Assembly: GCA_030748955.1 (NCBI GenBank)
Contig: JASMKZ010000002.1
Span: forward strand, 10,953-74,952
Length of the DNA: 64,000 bases
Source: Fidelibacterota bacterium
GTDB taxonomy: Bacteria > Fidelibacterota > Marinisomatia > SCGC-AAA003-L08 > D37C17
Reading direction: 5' to 3'
Shown here: piece by piece, positions 1-10,067 of the stretch
How the letters are laid out: every line of letters starts with the position of its first letter
How positions within the stretch are numbered: the first letter of the stretch is position 1
Translations under genes and position numbers: made by a program
Notes under the pieces: generated by a model
Database searches by the model: none
Told to the model about the DNA's origin: nothing
Seen by the model: the letters and a program-made list of their open reading frames with translations, nothing else

Positions 1-158
1 CAGAAGAAATTTTAGGCTACCGTATTGCTACACAGCACAATCTTAGATTCTATATACATATTATGAAAACTATGCAGAATAGGATTCAAGAAGGTAATTT
101 TGAAACTTGGGCAAAGGAATTTATAAATCAATACTCAGGTGAGGAAATATTAGATTAA
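1..158 (+). CDS. tgt: Queuine tRNA-ribosyltransferase, 3' end (partial)
   Basis: Manual translation from nt 3: EEILGYRIATQHNLRFYIHIMKTMQNRIQEGNFETWAKEFINQYSGEEILD*; matches the Tgt C-terminal 'T-HNL-FY--LM' pattern. Confidence 0.85.
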   Translation, partial: EEILGYRIATQHNLRFYIHIMKTMQNRIQEGNFETWAKEFINQYSGEEILD

Positions 159-213
159 GTTTAAAAATATTTTAATTATTATCCATATTATTGTAAATTA
201 ATAGACTATATAA

Positions 214-486
214 ATGAAAATGCCAATATTAAATATTATAATTAGCTTCTTTTTAATTTTTCAATTCTCTTTAGCGAATTTAAATGTTCTATACGATTTA
301 TCCAATATTTCAAGAATAGATCAATTATATTCTGTAGAAGAAGATTGTGGTACAGGCTGTCGATTAATAAAGGTTTGGATATGGACTAAGTGTTGGTGCC
401 CAACTAAACCCAAAAATAAATACTTAATAATTAATTTTTATAACTTCTTTATTGAGGATAATAATAAAATGGGATCTCCTCTCTAA
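214..486 (+). CDS. Small putative secreted Cys/Trp-rich peptide
   Basis: 90-aa ORF with hydrophobic signal-like N-terminus ending FSLA and a CGTGC...WIWTKCWCP core; last 38 nt overlap the convergent gene. Confidence 0.45.
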   Translation: MKMPILNIIISFFLIFQFSLANLNVLYDLSNISRIDQLYSVEEDCGTGCRLIKVWIWTKCWCPTKPKNKYLIINFYNFFIEDNNKMGSPL

Positions 487-1816
487 TATTTACCTTAAGA
501 GAAGTAAGAATTGCTCCACTTTCTGTATTAAATTCATCTTTCAATGAATATTTTGGATTTGAGTGTATTATTAAATTATGCTTGCCCTTTTTTAGATTTG
601 ATAGATCAATAACAGTGAAAAAACCTATTCGCTGTATATAAGAATGTGATTCAAAAACCCATTCTAATTCACCAACATTAATTCCATCTAATAAAATTAT
701 ATATATATCATCAATACATTTTAGTATTTGATTATTTGATATTTCCTCTTCCTTCATCCCATCACATTCATTAATAATTGAATAATTTAATGTAGGATTA
801 TAAGGAACATGTAATTCTAAAAACGAATCCGTTATTACGCCAGATTGTATCATCATATTATAATTAGAGGAAAATTTTGCATTGCTTAACTGTAAATGCT
901 TTTCATATTTATCTTCATATTTTTTGAAACTAAACAATTTATTTGTATCAACGTATTCTGAAAACAAGTGATAATTATAAAAAGACCAGTTTCCCCAAAA
1001 TTTAATTAAAAAAATAAGGCTTATAATAAATAAAAATATATATCGCTTTTTAAGTCTACTAATAAATGTATAAAAAAGAATTTCGTAAAATTTGGTTAGA
1101 GTAATAATACTATAAAACTTAGTTATTTTAGAATAATGACGTGAAAACCAATTCCATTTTATTCGTTTTAAGGGTCCCAATAAAATGAAATCCATAAAAT
1201 GAATAATACCAAGGAAAAAATACATCAACACAAAAGGGCTCAATAGCCACCCCGGGGGTTTATAATTTAAGGAGCTATTTAGTATTACAAAAATATAGTC
1301 AGAACCTAATAATAGCAGAATAAAGGTCGAAAAAAAGAACGAAAGACTGATTATAAACATGATAATTAAAAATGAAATAGAAAAAATTGAGCTGCATATT
1401 TTATCTATTATAATTGAATAATGATCAATGTCATATTTATAAAGTTTAGATGTATAATGTTTGCTGTAATTTAATTTTTTAACATTAATGCCCTTTGGAA
1501 ATACTGATGATAGCCCTATTACAGCTACCCAAAAACCTCTCATAATTAGATAAATAGATAAACTAATAACTAATACAAAATTTGAAATAAATAATACATT
1601 GATTATAAGTGGAACGAGAATAGAATTAACTACAGATTCCATTCCCCCCCAATAAGAATTTAAATATGCTTGATTATTTTTTAGTACTTCAAAATATCCA
1701 ATTGTTTGAAGCAGTATAATTAATACAAAGCCAACAATAAGTATTTCAGATTCCCAGCTGTTGGTACGTACTCTATCTAACCAGCTTGATTTATCATCTT
1801 TATTTCTATTGTTCAA
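449..1816 (-). CDS. Multi-pass membrane protein of unknown function
   Basis: 455 aa, several TM segments, N-terminal 'WLDRVRTNSWESEILIVGF' motif, soluble C-terminal domain. Confidence 0.75.
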   Translation of the reverse strand: MNNRNKDDKSSWLDRVRTNSWESEILIVGFVLIILLQTIGYFEVLKNNQAYLNSYWGGMESVVNSILVPLIINVLFISNFVLVISLSIYLIMRGFWVAVIGLSSVFPKGINVKKLNYSKHYTSKLYKYDIDHYSIIIDKICSSIFSISFLIIMFIISLSFFFSTFILLLLGSDYIFVILNSSLNYKPPGWLLSPFVLMYFFLGIIHFMDFILLGPLKRIKWNWFSRHYSKITKFYSIITLTKFYEILFYTFISRLKKRYIFLFIISLIFLIKFWGNWSFYNYHLFSEYVDTNKLFSFKKYEDKYEKHLQLSNAKFSSNYNMMIQSGVITDSFLELHVPYNPTLNYSIINECDGMKEEEISNNQILKCIDDIYIILLDGINVGELEWVFESHSYIQRIGFFTVIDLSNLKKGKHNLIIHSNPKYSLKDEFNTESGAILTSLKVNIREEIPFYYYPQ

Positions 1817-1824
1817 TTATTAAT

Positions 1825-2796
1825 CTACGATAATATTAAATTTAATTTTTCTAGCATTGAAAATTTGTCTGTATATTCAACTAACTTAGCAGCAATGCCT
1901 TCTTCGGTCATAGAGTGCCCTGCATCCTGCACTATCTCAAAATCAGCTTCGGGAAAGGCTTGGTGCAACTCCCATGCAGAAACCATAGGACATACAACAT
2001 CATAACGTCCCTGAACAATCACCGTGGGGATATGCCTTATTTTATCCACATTCTCCAGCAGCCATTCATCTGTTTCAAAGAAACCCTGATTGGTAAAATA
2101 ATGACATTCAATACGGGCAAATGCCTCGGCTACTTTAGCATCTTCAAAAGCATGTAGTGATTTCTCAGATTGAAATAGTTTGCTGGTTCTTGCTTCCCAG
2201 ACTGACCATGCCTTGGCGGCTTCCAATCGTACAGATTCATTATTTGAGGTAAGACGCTTATGGTAAGCGGCTACCAGATCATGACGTTCATTTTCCGGGA
2301 TTGGTTTTAAATATTGCTCCCAGGCATCAGGATAAATATTGGATGCACCATTTTGGTAAAACCAGTCTATCTCTTTTTTGCGAATCATAAAGATGCCTCG
2401 TAAAACTAACGCTTTACAGCGGTCTGAATGTGTAATGGCATAACTTAGTGAAAGTGTAGATCCCCAGCTACCGCCAAATACCACCCATTTTTCAACTTCT
2501 AAATGCTCCCTAATTTTTTCAATATCTGCTACTAAATCCCACGTTGTATTTTCTCTTAACTCAGCATGGGGAATGCTTTTTCCACATCCACGTTGATCAA
2601 AAATAATGATTCGCCATTTCTTTGGATCAAAGTACTGCCGGTAAATGGGTTCAATCCCCCCTCCGGGACCGCCATGCAAAAAGATGACCGGACTTCCATT
2701 GGGGTTGCCGGATTCTTCCACATGAATGGTGTGGAGAGCTGAGACCTTTAAGTCAAATTCGTTAAATGGGTCAATTTCTGGGTAAAGTTGTTTCAT
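1825..2796 (-). CDS. pip: Proline iminopeptidase (S33)
   Basis: HGGPG, DQRGCG and GGSWG nucleophile motifs; start placed at MKQLYPE (2796), which has an upstream AAGGA SD-like site. Confidence 0.95.
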   Translation of the reverse strand: MKQLYPEIDPFNEFDLKVSALHTIHVEESGNPNGSPVIFLHGGPGGGIEPIYRQYFDPKKWRIIIFDQRGCGKSIPHAELRENTTWDLVADIEKIREHLEVEKWVVFGGSWGSTLSLSYAITHSDRCKALVLRGIFMIRKKEIDWFYQNGASNIYPDAWEQYLKPIPENERHDLVAAYHKRLTSNNESVRLEAAKAWSVWEARTSKLFQSEKSLHAFEDAKVAEAFARIECHYFTNQGFFETDEWLLENVDKIRHIPTVIVQGRYDVVCPMVSAWELHQAFPEADFEIVQDAGHSMTEEGIAAKLVEYTDKFSMLEKLNLILS

Positions 2797-2856
2797 GTTT
2801 CCTTTATAATTTAATTTTTTTCTAATAATTGGATAAGGGCACAATACATTGTATGT

Positions 2857-3507
2857 CTAAACTATATATTGCCTTAACTTTTCAAACAGCTGATGTGTGG
2901 CTTCCACATCCCGCATAACATATTCATTTACTGCCTCAATATTCCCCTCATCAAATGCTTTAGCCACAGTATCCCCTTTTACATCCCCCTCCTTTGGAGA
3001 AGGAATTCTAAAAGAGCGGCAAGCAATATCCATACTCACTGCATTATAATTATTCCAATTGCATAAATAGAGCATCACATCAATATGGTGATCAAAAGTA
3101 AATCGTCGCAGATTGGTAAATTTTCGATTGGTGATTTCAATATTGTAATGGGCTGCCCGCGTGGTGAGAAAGGGAATATCAAATGCCATGCCATTATAGT
3201 GAACGAATTTGGCGCCTTGTGTGCTGGAATGATTAATGACCTCAAAAAATGTTCGCAATGTAGCTTCTTCATTTTCCTCACAGACCACCTTGTCTCTAGT
3301 ACTTCCATCATCTTGTAGCCAACGCATCCCCACACAAAGCACCTGTCCAAAAAAGGGTGATGTGGACCTAATTAACGATTCTGCATTTTCAGGATCATCA
3401 CCTGTTTTTTCAATTCGCGCCTGTATTTTTTTTGCAATAGCTTCTTCCACTTCTTTATCAATGGGCGGCAATGGAATGGTTTCAATATCTAATATAAGAT
3501 ATGCCAA
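2857..3507 (-). CDS. Stand-alone PolB-like 3'-5' exonuclease (DEDD)
   Basis: ExoI LDIET, ExoII YNGMAFDIPFL, ExoIII YVMRDV motifs. Confidence 0.85.
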   Translation of the reverse strand: MAYLILDIETIPLPPIDKEVEEAIAKKIQARIEKTGDDPENAESLIRSTSPFFGQVLCVGMRWLQDDGSTRDKVVCEENEEATLRTFFEVINHSSTQGAKFVHYNGMAFDIPFLTTRAAHYNIEITNRKFTNLRRFTFDHHIDVMLYLCNWNNYNAVSMDIACRSFRIPSPKEGDVKGDTVAKAFDEGNIEAVNEYVMRDVEATHQLFEKLRQYIV

Positions 3508-3630
3508 ATAATTTCCTTAATTAGGTTATAGATAGGTCAGTTAATTTAAAATAGGTTGGGTTAGATTTGGATATTCATTTCAATACCCATGTAATGATGT
3601 AATTTTTTATCATTTGTAAAATTACTCCTA

Positions 3631-3891
3631 TTATTTATCCACAAAGATTATATGAGATTCTAATACTCCCCAATCTGTATAAGTTTTCACAATCATCTCA
3701 CCATCTTTTGACCAGTAAAACAAATCTTTTTCACCTTTTCGCCCAGATGCAAAGGAAATAGGTCGGTCAAAATCATCAGGAAGTTCTAACTTTAGCGCAC
3801 TACCAGTCCATCTTGATATTGCTCTGGATTGACAGGATGAAAATATCACTATGCACATCATTGTAGATATTGAAAATACTAATTTTCTCAT
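3631..3891 (-). CDS. Small putative lipoprotein
   Basis: 86 aa, lipobox-like IFSSC after a hydrophobic N-terminus. Confidence 0.6.
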   Translation of the reverse strand: MRKLVFSISTMMCIVIFSSCQSRAISRWTGSALKLELPDDFDRPISFASGRKGEKDLFYWSKDGEMIVKTYTDWGVLESHIIFVDK

Positions 3892-3929
3892 TTTGTTATT
3901 TCCTTTCTATTGGGTTTTTATTGGAAAAT

Positions 3930-6900
3930 TTAATTGCCGGTAGAATCGGCGGGCATTTCATCAATATAACATTGAACACATGGATTTGTAAATACAGAAA
4001 ATTTATGAGAGTGGAGATTTATAAACCCATGTTCGTCTGTAATTCTTATAATCAACTCGTGATCACCCTTATCTATGTCTCTCGGTGTCCATCTAAATAA
4101 ATGTGCGTATTCAGATAGGCTATAATAATTAAAGGATGCAGAGTCAATTTGAATAGATTCGGGTCTGCTAAGTTTTTTCCCATACAAATCTTCCGCTGTA
4201 ATGAAAGCTGCATATTCCAACCCTACAAAGGCTTCGGTTGATAATTTAGATGTCAACAATGGTGGTCTATAAACATATATCTGAAATGGAATTGCTGTTC
4301 CGGTATTATCATGTCCATCTTTTACCTGTAGAGTAAATTTATGCAGACCTATATCTGATTTTTTAGGTAACCATGTGATCAATCCAGTGTTAAGCTCTAA
4401 AACCAAACCATTCTGCAGTGAATCTAAATGGAAGGTAAGGGAGTCTCCGGGATTAGGGTCATACGCCTCAATTTGCATTCGTAAAGTATCACCCAATTGA
4501 ACAGTCACACTATCAGGTGAAGTTATAACCGGAAGTGAATTAATAAATACTGGGAACACTTGAATAGCATCTTGGACACCGTCGTTAGCAGTGATAGCAA
4601 CCATATATTCACCAAGGTGATTATCATTGGTTTCCCATACCAAAATATTATTTTCTATTTTCATTCCTTCTGGGCCTTGTGCCAAAGAAAAAGTGATTAT
4701 GTTTTCTGCCAACGAATCATTAGGACTAATAGTATTTTCATCCATTGCAAATAAGGGGTATTCATACCGCTCTCCTTCTAGCACTACCACAACTGGTTTG
4801 CTGGTAATAACTGGAGGGGCATTCACATAAATAGATGCTTCCCACTGAACAGAATCAATTCCATCTGTGAGTTGAATTTCATAGGGATGATGTCCTAATT
4901 CAAATCCTCTCCAGTTTAAAACACCTTGAGAATTCAATGCCATATCAGTAGGACCACTCAGCAATTTCCATTTTAATTCGGTATTAGTATTCATATCAAA
5001 ATTTTCCATAGGAAAATTTAATTGTTCTCCTAAGGGTAAAATAAATATCTCTTCAGGTCTTGACGAAATAACAGGAAGGGCATTTACATAAATTTCATAT
5101 TGTAGCCTAGAAGTTGCAATCCCATCTGTAACCTCTAATTGGAAATTATAATCATCAACTTGAGTTGGTAGTGGCACCCAATTAATAGTTCCAGTTGTAT
5201 CGATTCTCATATTCTCGGGAGCATCAATTAAATTAAATTTATATTTTTCAGATTGGGATGAGGGTTTCAGAATAAGGCTTGTATTAAACATCTGATCTAC
5301 CGTTGCAGTAAAATAAGTTTTATTTAAGCTTAAATCGATTTCCGGATGAACAGTAATTGTAAACAAAGAAGTATCGGATGTAAATCCGTCTGTTACGGCA
5401 ATTGTAAAATTGTAATCTCCAGGAGCAGTGTGTGGAAGCCAAGAAAATTGTGTTTTATGCTTCACGAGTTCAGCATAAGTAATTTCAACAAATTGATTAT
5501 CAATGTTGGATATCTCTTCAATATTTTCTACAATTAATTCCTCATCTCCAGTTTTATCTGAAATTGATAAGGAATCTGAAGCCGGAATTGTTGCTACTTC
5601 ACTTACTTCCGGATTTTTAATTTTTGGCGCCTCAACTGTGGTACTATCTTCAGATACTAATAGTGAGTCAATGGATATCTCTTCAATATTTTCTACAATT
5701 AATTCCTCATCTCCAGTTTTATCTGAAATTGATAAGGAATCTGAAGCCGGAATTGTTGCTACTTCACTTACTTCCGGATTTTCATTTTTTGGCTCCTCAA
5801 CTGTGGTACTATCTTCAGATACTAATAGTGAGTCAATGGGTATCCAGATATTATTACCATCCTTTAGAATTTTCTTATGCGTTTTGAGTTTTTCCCTATA
5901 TTCCTCTTCCATTGTTTTAAATTCTTCAACTGCAGATTCCTGTTTTGTCTTTTTAAACGGATCTTCTTCTAATTCTAGTTTTTCTTCGGCAAACTTTTCA
6001 TATTCAGTACGTATCGAATCTACATAAATCGGCTTCTCGATCTCAATTTTAATATTTTCATTAATCGTTTCTTGTTGGGGTACAACAGGATCGGTTTTAA
6101 CCTCTGACTCAATTTCTACAATTTCTTCAGATTCAACCACAGCAGGTTCAGATTCAACCACAGCAGGCTCAGATTCAACCACAGCAGGCTCTTCTTTAAT
6201 TTTATTAGCTGTAGGAATCGGGGTTATTTCAGGCTGGAGCAAATCATAATTTGCACTTTTTTTCCCACTAATTATTTCAACCGATAATTGTGCGTCAGCA
6301 TTGTTATCATCAATGGGTATAATCCATTCAAATAATTCCCCATATACAATGGTAATACTATCCTGTTGCTTTTGGAACGAAATTGGGTCATTTACATATA
6401 AAAGAAACGAATATGGTTTTTCACTGAGAGATTCATTTTGACTTACATAAATTTTCCCATTATCAGACGCCAACTTACGATTACCCTCTTCACGTAATTC
6501 TAATCTGTAAGATAATTCATGATACCCCAACTGTGTCTGTCTTGGGATCCAATTCAACGTTAACTCATCCAAATCAAATTCCATATTTTCAGGAAGAAAT
6601 TCCTCAGTAAAATTTCGAAATGTGGCAGAAGTTTCCCACTGGATTGAATGTGAAAAAATATCGCCTACATTTATTACATAATCAGGGTTTCTATTATATA
6701 TTCGTTGAATGGGCAGAGGGGGCGAAGTATCCGTGATTAATTCTATAGCCAAGGATGTTAACCAAAGTTCGGGATTATTACCATCATGGAATAATAAAAT
6801 ATCTTTTTGAGTTATAAGAGAATGGACCGTTTTATATCCATTATGATTAAACTTTGGTGAGATAATTTCAGATGATAAAATACTTCGGGTAAGAGGGTCA

Positions 6901-7841
6901 AGGCTGTAATTTTCAATCTCTCCTGATTTTGTAATATTTGTGAGATAAACAAATCCGTTATCTGATTTAATGATGATACTATTAATTTTATCCCTTGAAA
7001 AAGAAAGGGGCTCATTTCCCCAAATATTGCTCATAAGTTCCCCACTCCTGTTTACCATAATGATATCATCCGTACCATCAAAGTTTAAGTCCACTCCATT
7101 TTCATGGAGATATTTCAAATGAGGATAACCGCTTAGTGTATTCGACATTTCTTTTCCATCTGAATAAATAATGTAGCTACTTGGTGTAAATCCATTATCT
7201 AATATGAAAATATCTTCTCCACCATCACCATCAAAATCTCCCAAGGCTATATCAATAAGGGACATGGTATTTTTTAGAAATTCTTTACCCATAAAACCTA
7301 CAGAAATTATTTCATCTCCTGAATATTCACACATGACTACTTGTCGGTTTGGACTTCCCTGAGTAAATAAAAATAGGGATTGTCCATTGGCGCCAGGTTG
7401 CATTTTGTATAATCTTCTGGGATTATTAATACTGGAGATATTTTTTATGCCAGTAATTGTTGGGGGGGTGCCATTATAACCAAATTCATCAAGAGAAAAA
7501 ATATAAAAAATGTCATTGCTATCATCCTGGTAGGCAGTTGTAATTAACTCAATGACACCATCCTTATCGAAATCTCCTAATATCATATCTACAAAATACC
7601 CCTTTTTAGTTTCCGGCATTGTAAATTCCCACAGGATTTCAGTTTTGGATGAGGAAACCTCTATATGGTATATTGTTCTGGGAGAGGCTGAATTGCTTAG
7701 AGCCATAAAATCTGGATTACCATTCCTGTTCAGGTCAAAACAGTTGATTTTAGGGACTAAGGAAAATTCCAAAGGAACAGTAGTTGCTACCAGGAATTTA
7801 AAACCAAAGATGAAGAAAAATATTTTTTCTCCGAATGTCAT
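3930..7841 (-). CDS. Large secreted protein: FG-GAP/VCBS-like repeats, acidic repeat linker, multiple Ig/cadherin-like (He_PIG-like) domains
   Basis: 1303 aa; GDFDKDG / GDFDGDG / DLNFDG repeats at N-terminus; repeated 'G.I.W.P...D.G.Y.F.L.VTDG' units at C-terminus. Confidence 0.8.
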   Translation of the reverse strand: MTFGEKIFFFIFGFKFLVATTVPLEFSLVPKINCFDLNRNGNPDFMALSNSASPRTIYHIEVSSSKTEILWEFTMPETKKGYFVDMILGDFDKDGVIELITTAYQDDSNDIFYIFSLDEFGYNGTPPTITGIKNISSINNPRRLYKMQPGANGQSLFLFTQGSPNRQVVMCEYSGDEIISVGFMGKEFLKNTMSLIDIALGDFDGDGGEDIFILDNGFTPSSYIIYSDGKEMSNTLSGYPHLKYLHENGVDLNFDGTDDIIMVNRSGELMSNIWGNEPLSFSRDKINSIIIKSDNGFVYLTNITKSGEIENYSLDPLTRSILSSEIISPKFNHNGYKTVHSLITQKDILLFHDGNNPELWLTSLAIELITDTSPPLPIQRIYNRNPDYVINVGDIFSHSIQWETSATFRNFTEEFLPENMEFDLDELTLNWIPRQTQLGYHELSYRLELREEGNRKLASDNGKIYVSQNESLSEKPYSFLLYVNDPISFQKQQDSITIVYGELFEWIIPIDDNNADAQLSVEIISGKKSANYDLLQPEITPIPTANKIKEEPAVVESEPAVVESEPAVVESEEIVEIESEVKTDPVVPQQETINENIKIEIEKPIYVDSIRTEYEKFAEEKLELEEDPFKKTKQESAVEEFKTMEEEYREKLKTHKKILKDGNNIWIPIDSLLVSEDSTTVEEPKNENPEVSEVATIPASDSLSISDKTGDEELIVENIEEISIDSLLVSEDSTTVEAPKIKNPEVSEVATIPASDSLSISDKTGDEELIVENIEEISNIDNQFVEITYAELVKHKTQFSWLPHTAPGDYNFTIAVTDGFTSDTSLFTITVHPEIDLSLNKTYFTATVDQMFNTSLILKPSSQSEKYKFNLIDAPENMRIDTTGTINWVPLPTQVDDYNFQLEVTDGIATSRLQYEIYVNALPVISSRPEEIFILPLGEQLNFPMENFDMNTNTELKWKLLSGPTDMALNSQGVLNWRGFELGHHPYEIQLTDGIDSVQWEASIYVNAPPVITSKPVVVVLEGERYEYPLFAMDENTISPNDSLAENIITFSLAQGPEGMKIENNILVWETNDNHLGEYMVAITANDGVQDAIQVFPVFINSLPVITSPDSVTVQLGDTLRMQIEAYDPNPGDSLTFHLDSLQNGLVLELNTGLITWLPKKSDIGLHKFTLQVKDGHDNTGTAIPFQIYVYRPPLLTSKLSTEAFVGLEYAAFITAEDLYGKKLSRPESIQIDSASFNYYSLSEYAHLFRWTPRDIDKGDHELIIRITDEHGFINLHSHKFSVFTNPCVQCYIDEMPADSTGN
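5508..5837. repeat. Tandem duplication, 2 x 165 bp (55 aa) within the large secreted protein
   Basis: Copies 5508-5672 and 5673-5837; I count 3 mismatches (EEPKNENPE vs EAPKIKNPE). Confidence 0.95.
6127..6191. repeat. Tandem repeat, 3 x 21 bp (EPAVVES)
   Basis: tcagattcaaccacagcagg(t/c) x3. Confidence 0.95.
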
Positions 7842-7936
7842 TCTGTTTTCATTGATGGAATAATATCAATAAATTTAATAGGATTAATTGCTTTATACAA
7901 GCCTAACAACAACCTAGTTTTAAAATATGGAATAAT

Positions 7937-9304
7937 ATGTCTATGATTAAATTTATAATTCTAAATGCCATGTTGTGTAGTATAATGGCCGCTCAAACAA
8001 CTATTAAAATTTACAACCAGGGGCGTGCATTGGTTCAAGAAGAACGACAAAAGAAGTTTTCTCAGGAAGGAAAACAAAAAATAATAATATCTAAAATACC
8101 TCATGCGGCTGAATCCTCGTCAATAAATATATCTTCTGATGACATGGAAGTTATATCAAAAGAATACCTTTACCTCCCTATTTCTGATGAATATATGTTA
8201 AATGCTAATATTGGAAATGAGATTGAACTGGTGAAATATGGTGAAAATGGCAGTATAACTTTTTCAACAAAAGGAAAACTTATTTCTAATGTTACTACTC
8301 CTGTTTTTGAAATCGATGGAAAAATTGTAATTAATCCGCCTTACAATTACCGATTTTCTGATATCCCGAATGGCATTACTGATTACCCCTATTTAAATTG
8401 TGTCATTAATAATTCAACAAAACAGGCCAACTATAATTTAACTTATATTACCAGAGGTATAGACTGGAGTGCTGAATATAATTTTTATTTGACCTCTGAT
8501 AAAATTGGGGAAATTGAGGGATGGTATTCCATTAGAAATGATAATAAAATTACCTATGAGTATGCAAATGTATCATTAGTATCTGGCTCGGTTAATTTTG
8601 GAGCCCAAGGAGGGAATCCTAATATTACAAAACGAATGGCTCGTACAATGTCAAGTAGTAGTGATTCTTATTCTGACCAGCCAGAAGCAAATAAGTCTGA
8701 AGAGCATGTCATTTTCACCATTCCTGAAAAAATCAGCTTAGTTAAAAATTCTCAAATACGCCATAAATTTTTAACTGAAAATAAATTGCCCTATAATACC
8801 ACTTATCATATTTCCCATTCTCTTAACAGATATCGGAGAAATACACCTGCTCAATCAACGGATATTCCCGTATTTGTCAGATACGAGATAGTAGCAAAAA
8901 ATATTGGTGATTTTCAGATTCCTGGTGGAAACTTTAATGTGTATGAAAGAGAAAACGGCATTCTTACTTATATTGGTGTTGGTTCATCGGGAATTGTAGA
9001 AAACGAAGATAAAATTAAACTTGAAACGGGAAAAACCCATGATATTCTTTGTACTTTTATAATTCAAGGATACAAAATAAATAAGGATAGCGGCAGGGCA
9101 GAATTAAATGCAATATTTGAAAATCGAAAAGATAAACCTGTTTCTATTAATTGGACAGAACAATTTTCAGATGGTCGTTGGAATATTACAAATTCCAATT
9201 TAAAATTTGAGAGGTTGGATGCATACAGAGCACTATTTACTGTGGACGTATCTGCCAATTCGAAAAAAGAAATCCATTTTATAGCTCAAATTGATAAAGA
9301 ATAA
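7937..9304 (+). CDS. DUF4139-family secreted protein
   Basis: Signal peptide; 'IYNQGRALVQE', 'Y.T.GI.WSA.Y', 'N.N.I.YE.A.VSLVSG' patterns typical of DUF4139/DUF4140 proteins. Confidence 0.75.
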   Translation: MSMIKFIILNAMLCSIMAAQTTIKIYNQGRALVQEERQKKFSQEGKQKIIISKIPHAAESSSINISSDDMEVISKEYLYLPISDEYMLNANIGNEIELVKYGENGSITFSTKGKLISNVTTPVFEIDGKIVINPPYNYRFSDIPNGITDYPYLNCVINNSTKQANYNLTYITRGIDWSAEYNFYLTSDKIGEIEGWYSIRNDNKITYEYANVSLVSGSVNFGAQGGNPNITKRMARTMSSSSDSYSDQPEANKSEEHVIFTIPEKISLVKNSQIRHKFLTENKLPYNTTYHISHSLNRYRRNTPAQSTDIPVFVRYEIVAKNIGDFQIPGGNFNVYERENGILTYIGVGSSGIVENEDKIKLETGKTHDILCTFIIQGYKINKDSGRAELNAIFENRKDKPVSINWTEQFSDGRWNITNSNLKFERLDAYRALFTVDVSANSKKEIHFIAQIDKE

Positions 9305-9338
9305 TGATCTGTTAATCAGTCACCAGCCAATATTTACT

Positions 9339-10001
9339 ATGAATAATTTTACTCAATATAAACATATAATCTGGGATTGGAATGGCACTTTGCTTAATGA
9401 TGGATGGTTGTTTGTTGAGGTTATGAACATCGTTTTAAAACGGCGAAAAATGAAACCCATTACTCTTGAAAGCTATCGTGAGATTTTTGGATTTCCAGTA
9501 AAAGATTATTATATAAAATTGGGGTTTGATTTTGACAGGGAATCGTTTGAAAACTCAGGTTTAGAATTTATCAAAGAGTATGAAAAAAACTGTTTTAAAG
9601 CTAAGCTATATCCTCAAGTAATTCCCCTATTGAATGAATTACAGAAATTAGGAATTAGTCATTCCATTCTATCGGCACAACATCAAATATTGTTGGACGA
9701 TCTAACACAGTATTATAAAATTAGAAATCAGTTCATTGGTATTATTGGACTAGATAATCATTACGCACATAGTAAAGTTGAAAATGGAGTTAATTGGATT
9801 AAACATCTAAAAATGAATCCTAAAGAAATTTTAATGATTGGAGATACTGATCATGATTTTGAAGTTGCCAGTACAATGGGAGTTAATTGCATACTTTTGA
9901 GTCATGGGCATAATTGTATTTCAAAACTACAAAGCACTGGCGCAATGGTGATAAATGATTTAATGGAATTATCTGAATTATTTAAAATTGAATTAAATTA
10001 A
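9339..10001 (+). CDS. HAD-superfamily hydrolase (phosphoglycolate phosphatase-like)
   Basis: WDWNGTL motif I, LS motif II, IGDTDHD motif IV; start placed at MNNFTQYK. Confidence 0.9.
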   Translation: MNNFTQYKHIIWDWNGTLLNDGWLFVEVMNIVLKRRKMKPITLESYREIFGFPVKDYYIKLGFDFDRESFENSGLEFIKEYEKNCFKAKLYPQVIPLLNELQKLGISHSILSAQHQILLDDLTQYYKIRNQFIGIIGLDNHYAHSKVENGVNWIKHLKMNPKEILMIGDTDHDFEVASTMGVNCILLSHGHNCISKLQSTGAMVINDLMELSELFKIELN

Positions 10002-10067
10002 GTTTGATGTTATTGGAACATCCTCATTTATTATGCATTTGAGATATCTTATAATTTTTTAAGCCAA

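Noticed and set aside
5503-6027. 174-aa plus-strand ORF with internal repeat
   Set aside because: Antisense shadow of the Glu/Ser-rich repeated linker of 3930..7841
6127-6191. 21-bp repeats as a CRISPR array
   Set aside because: No spacers, in-frame coding tandem repeat, no cas genes
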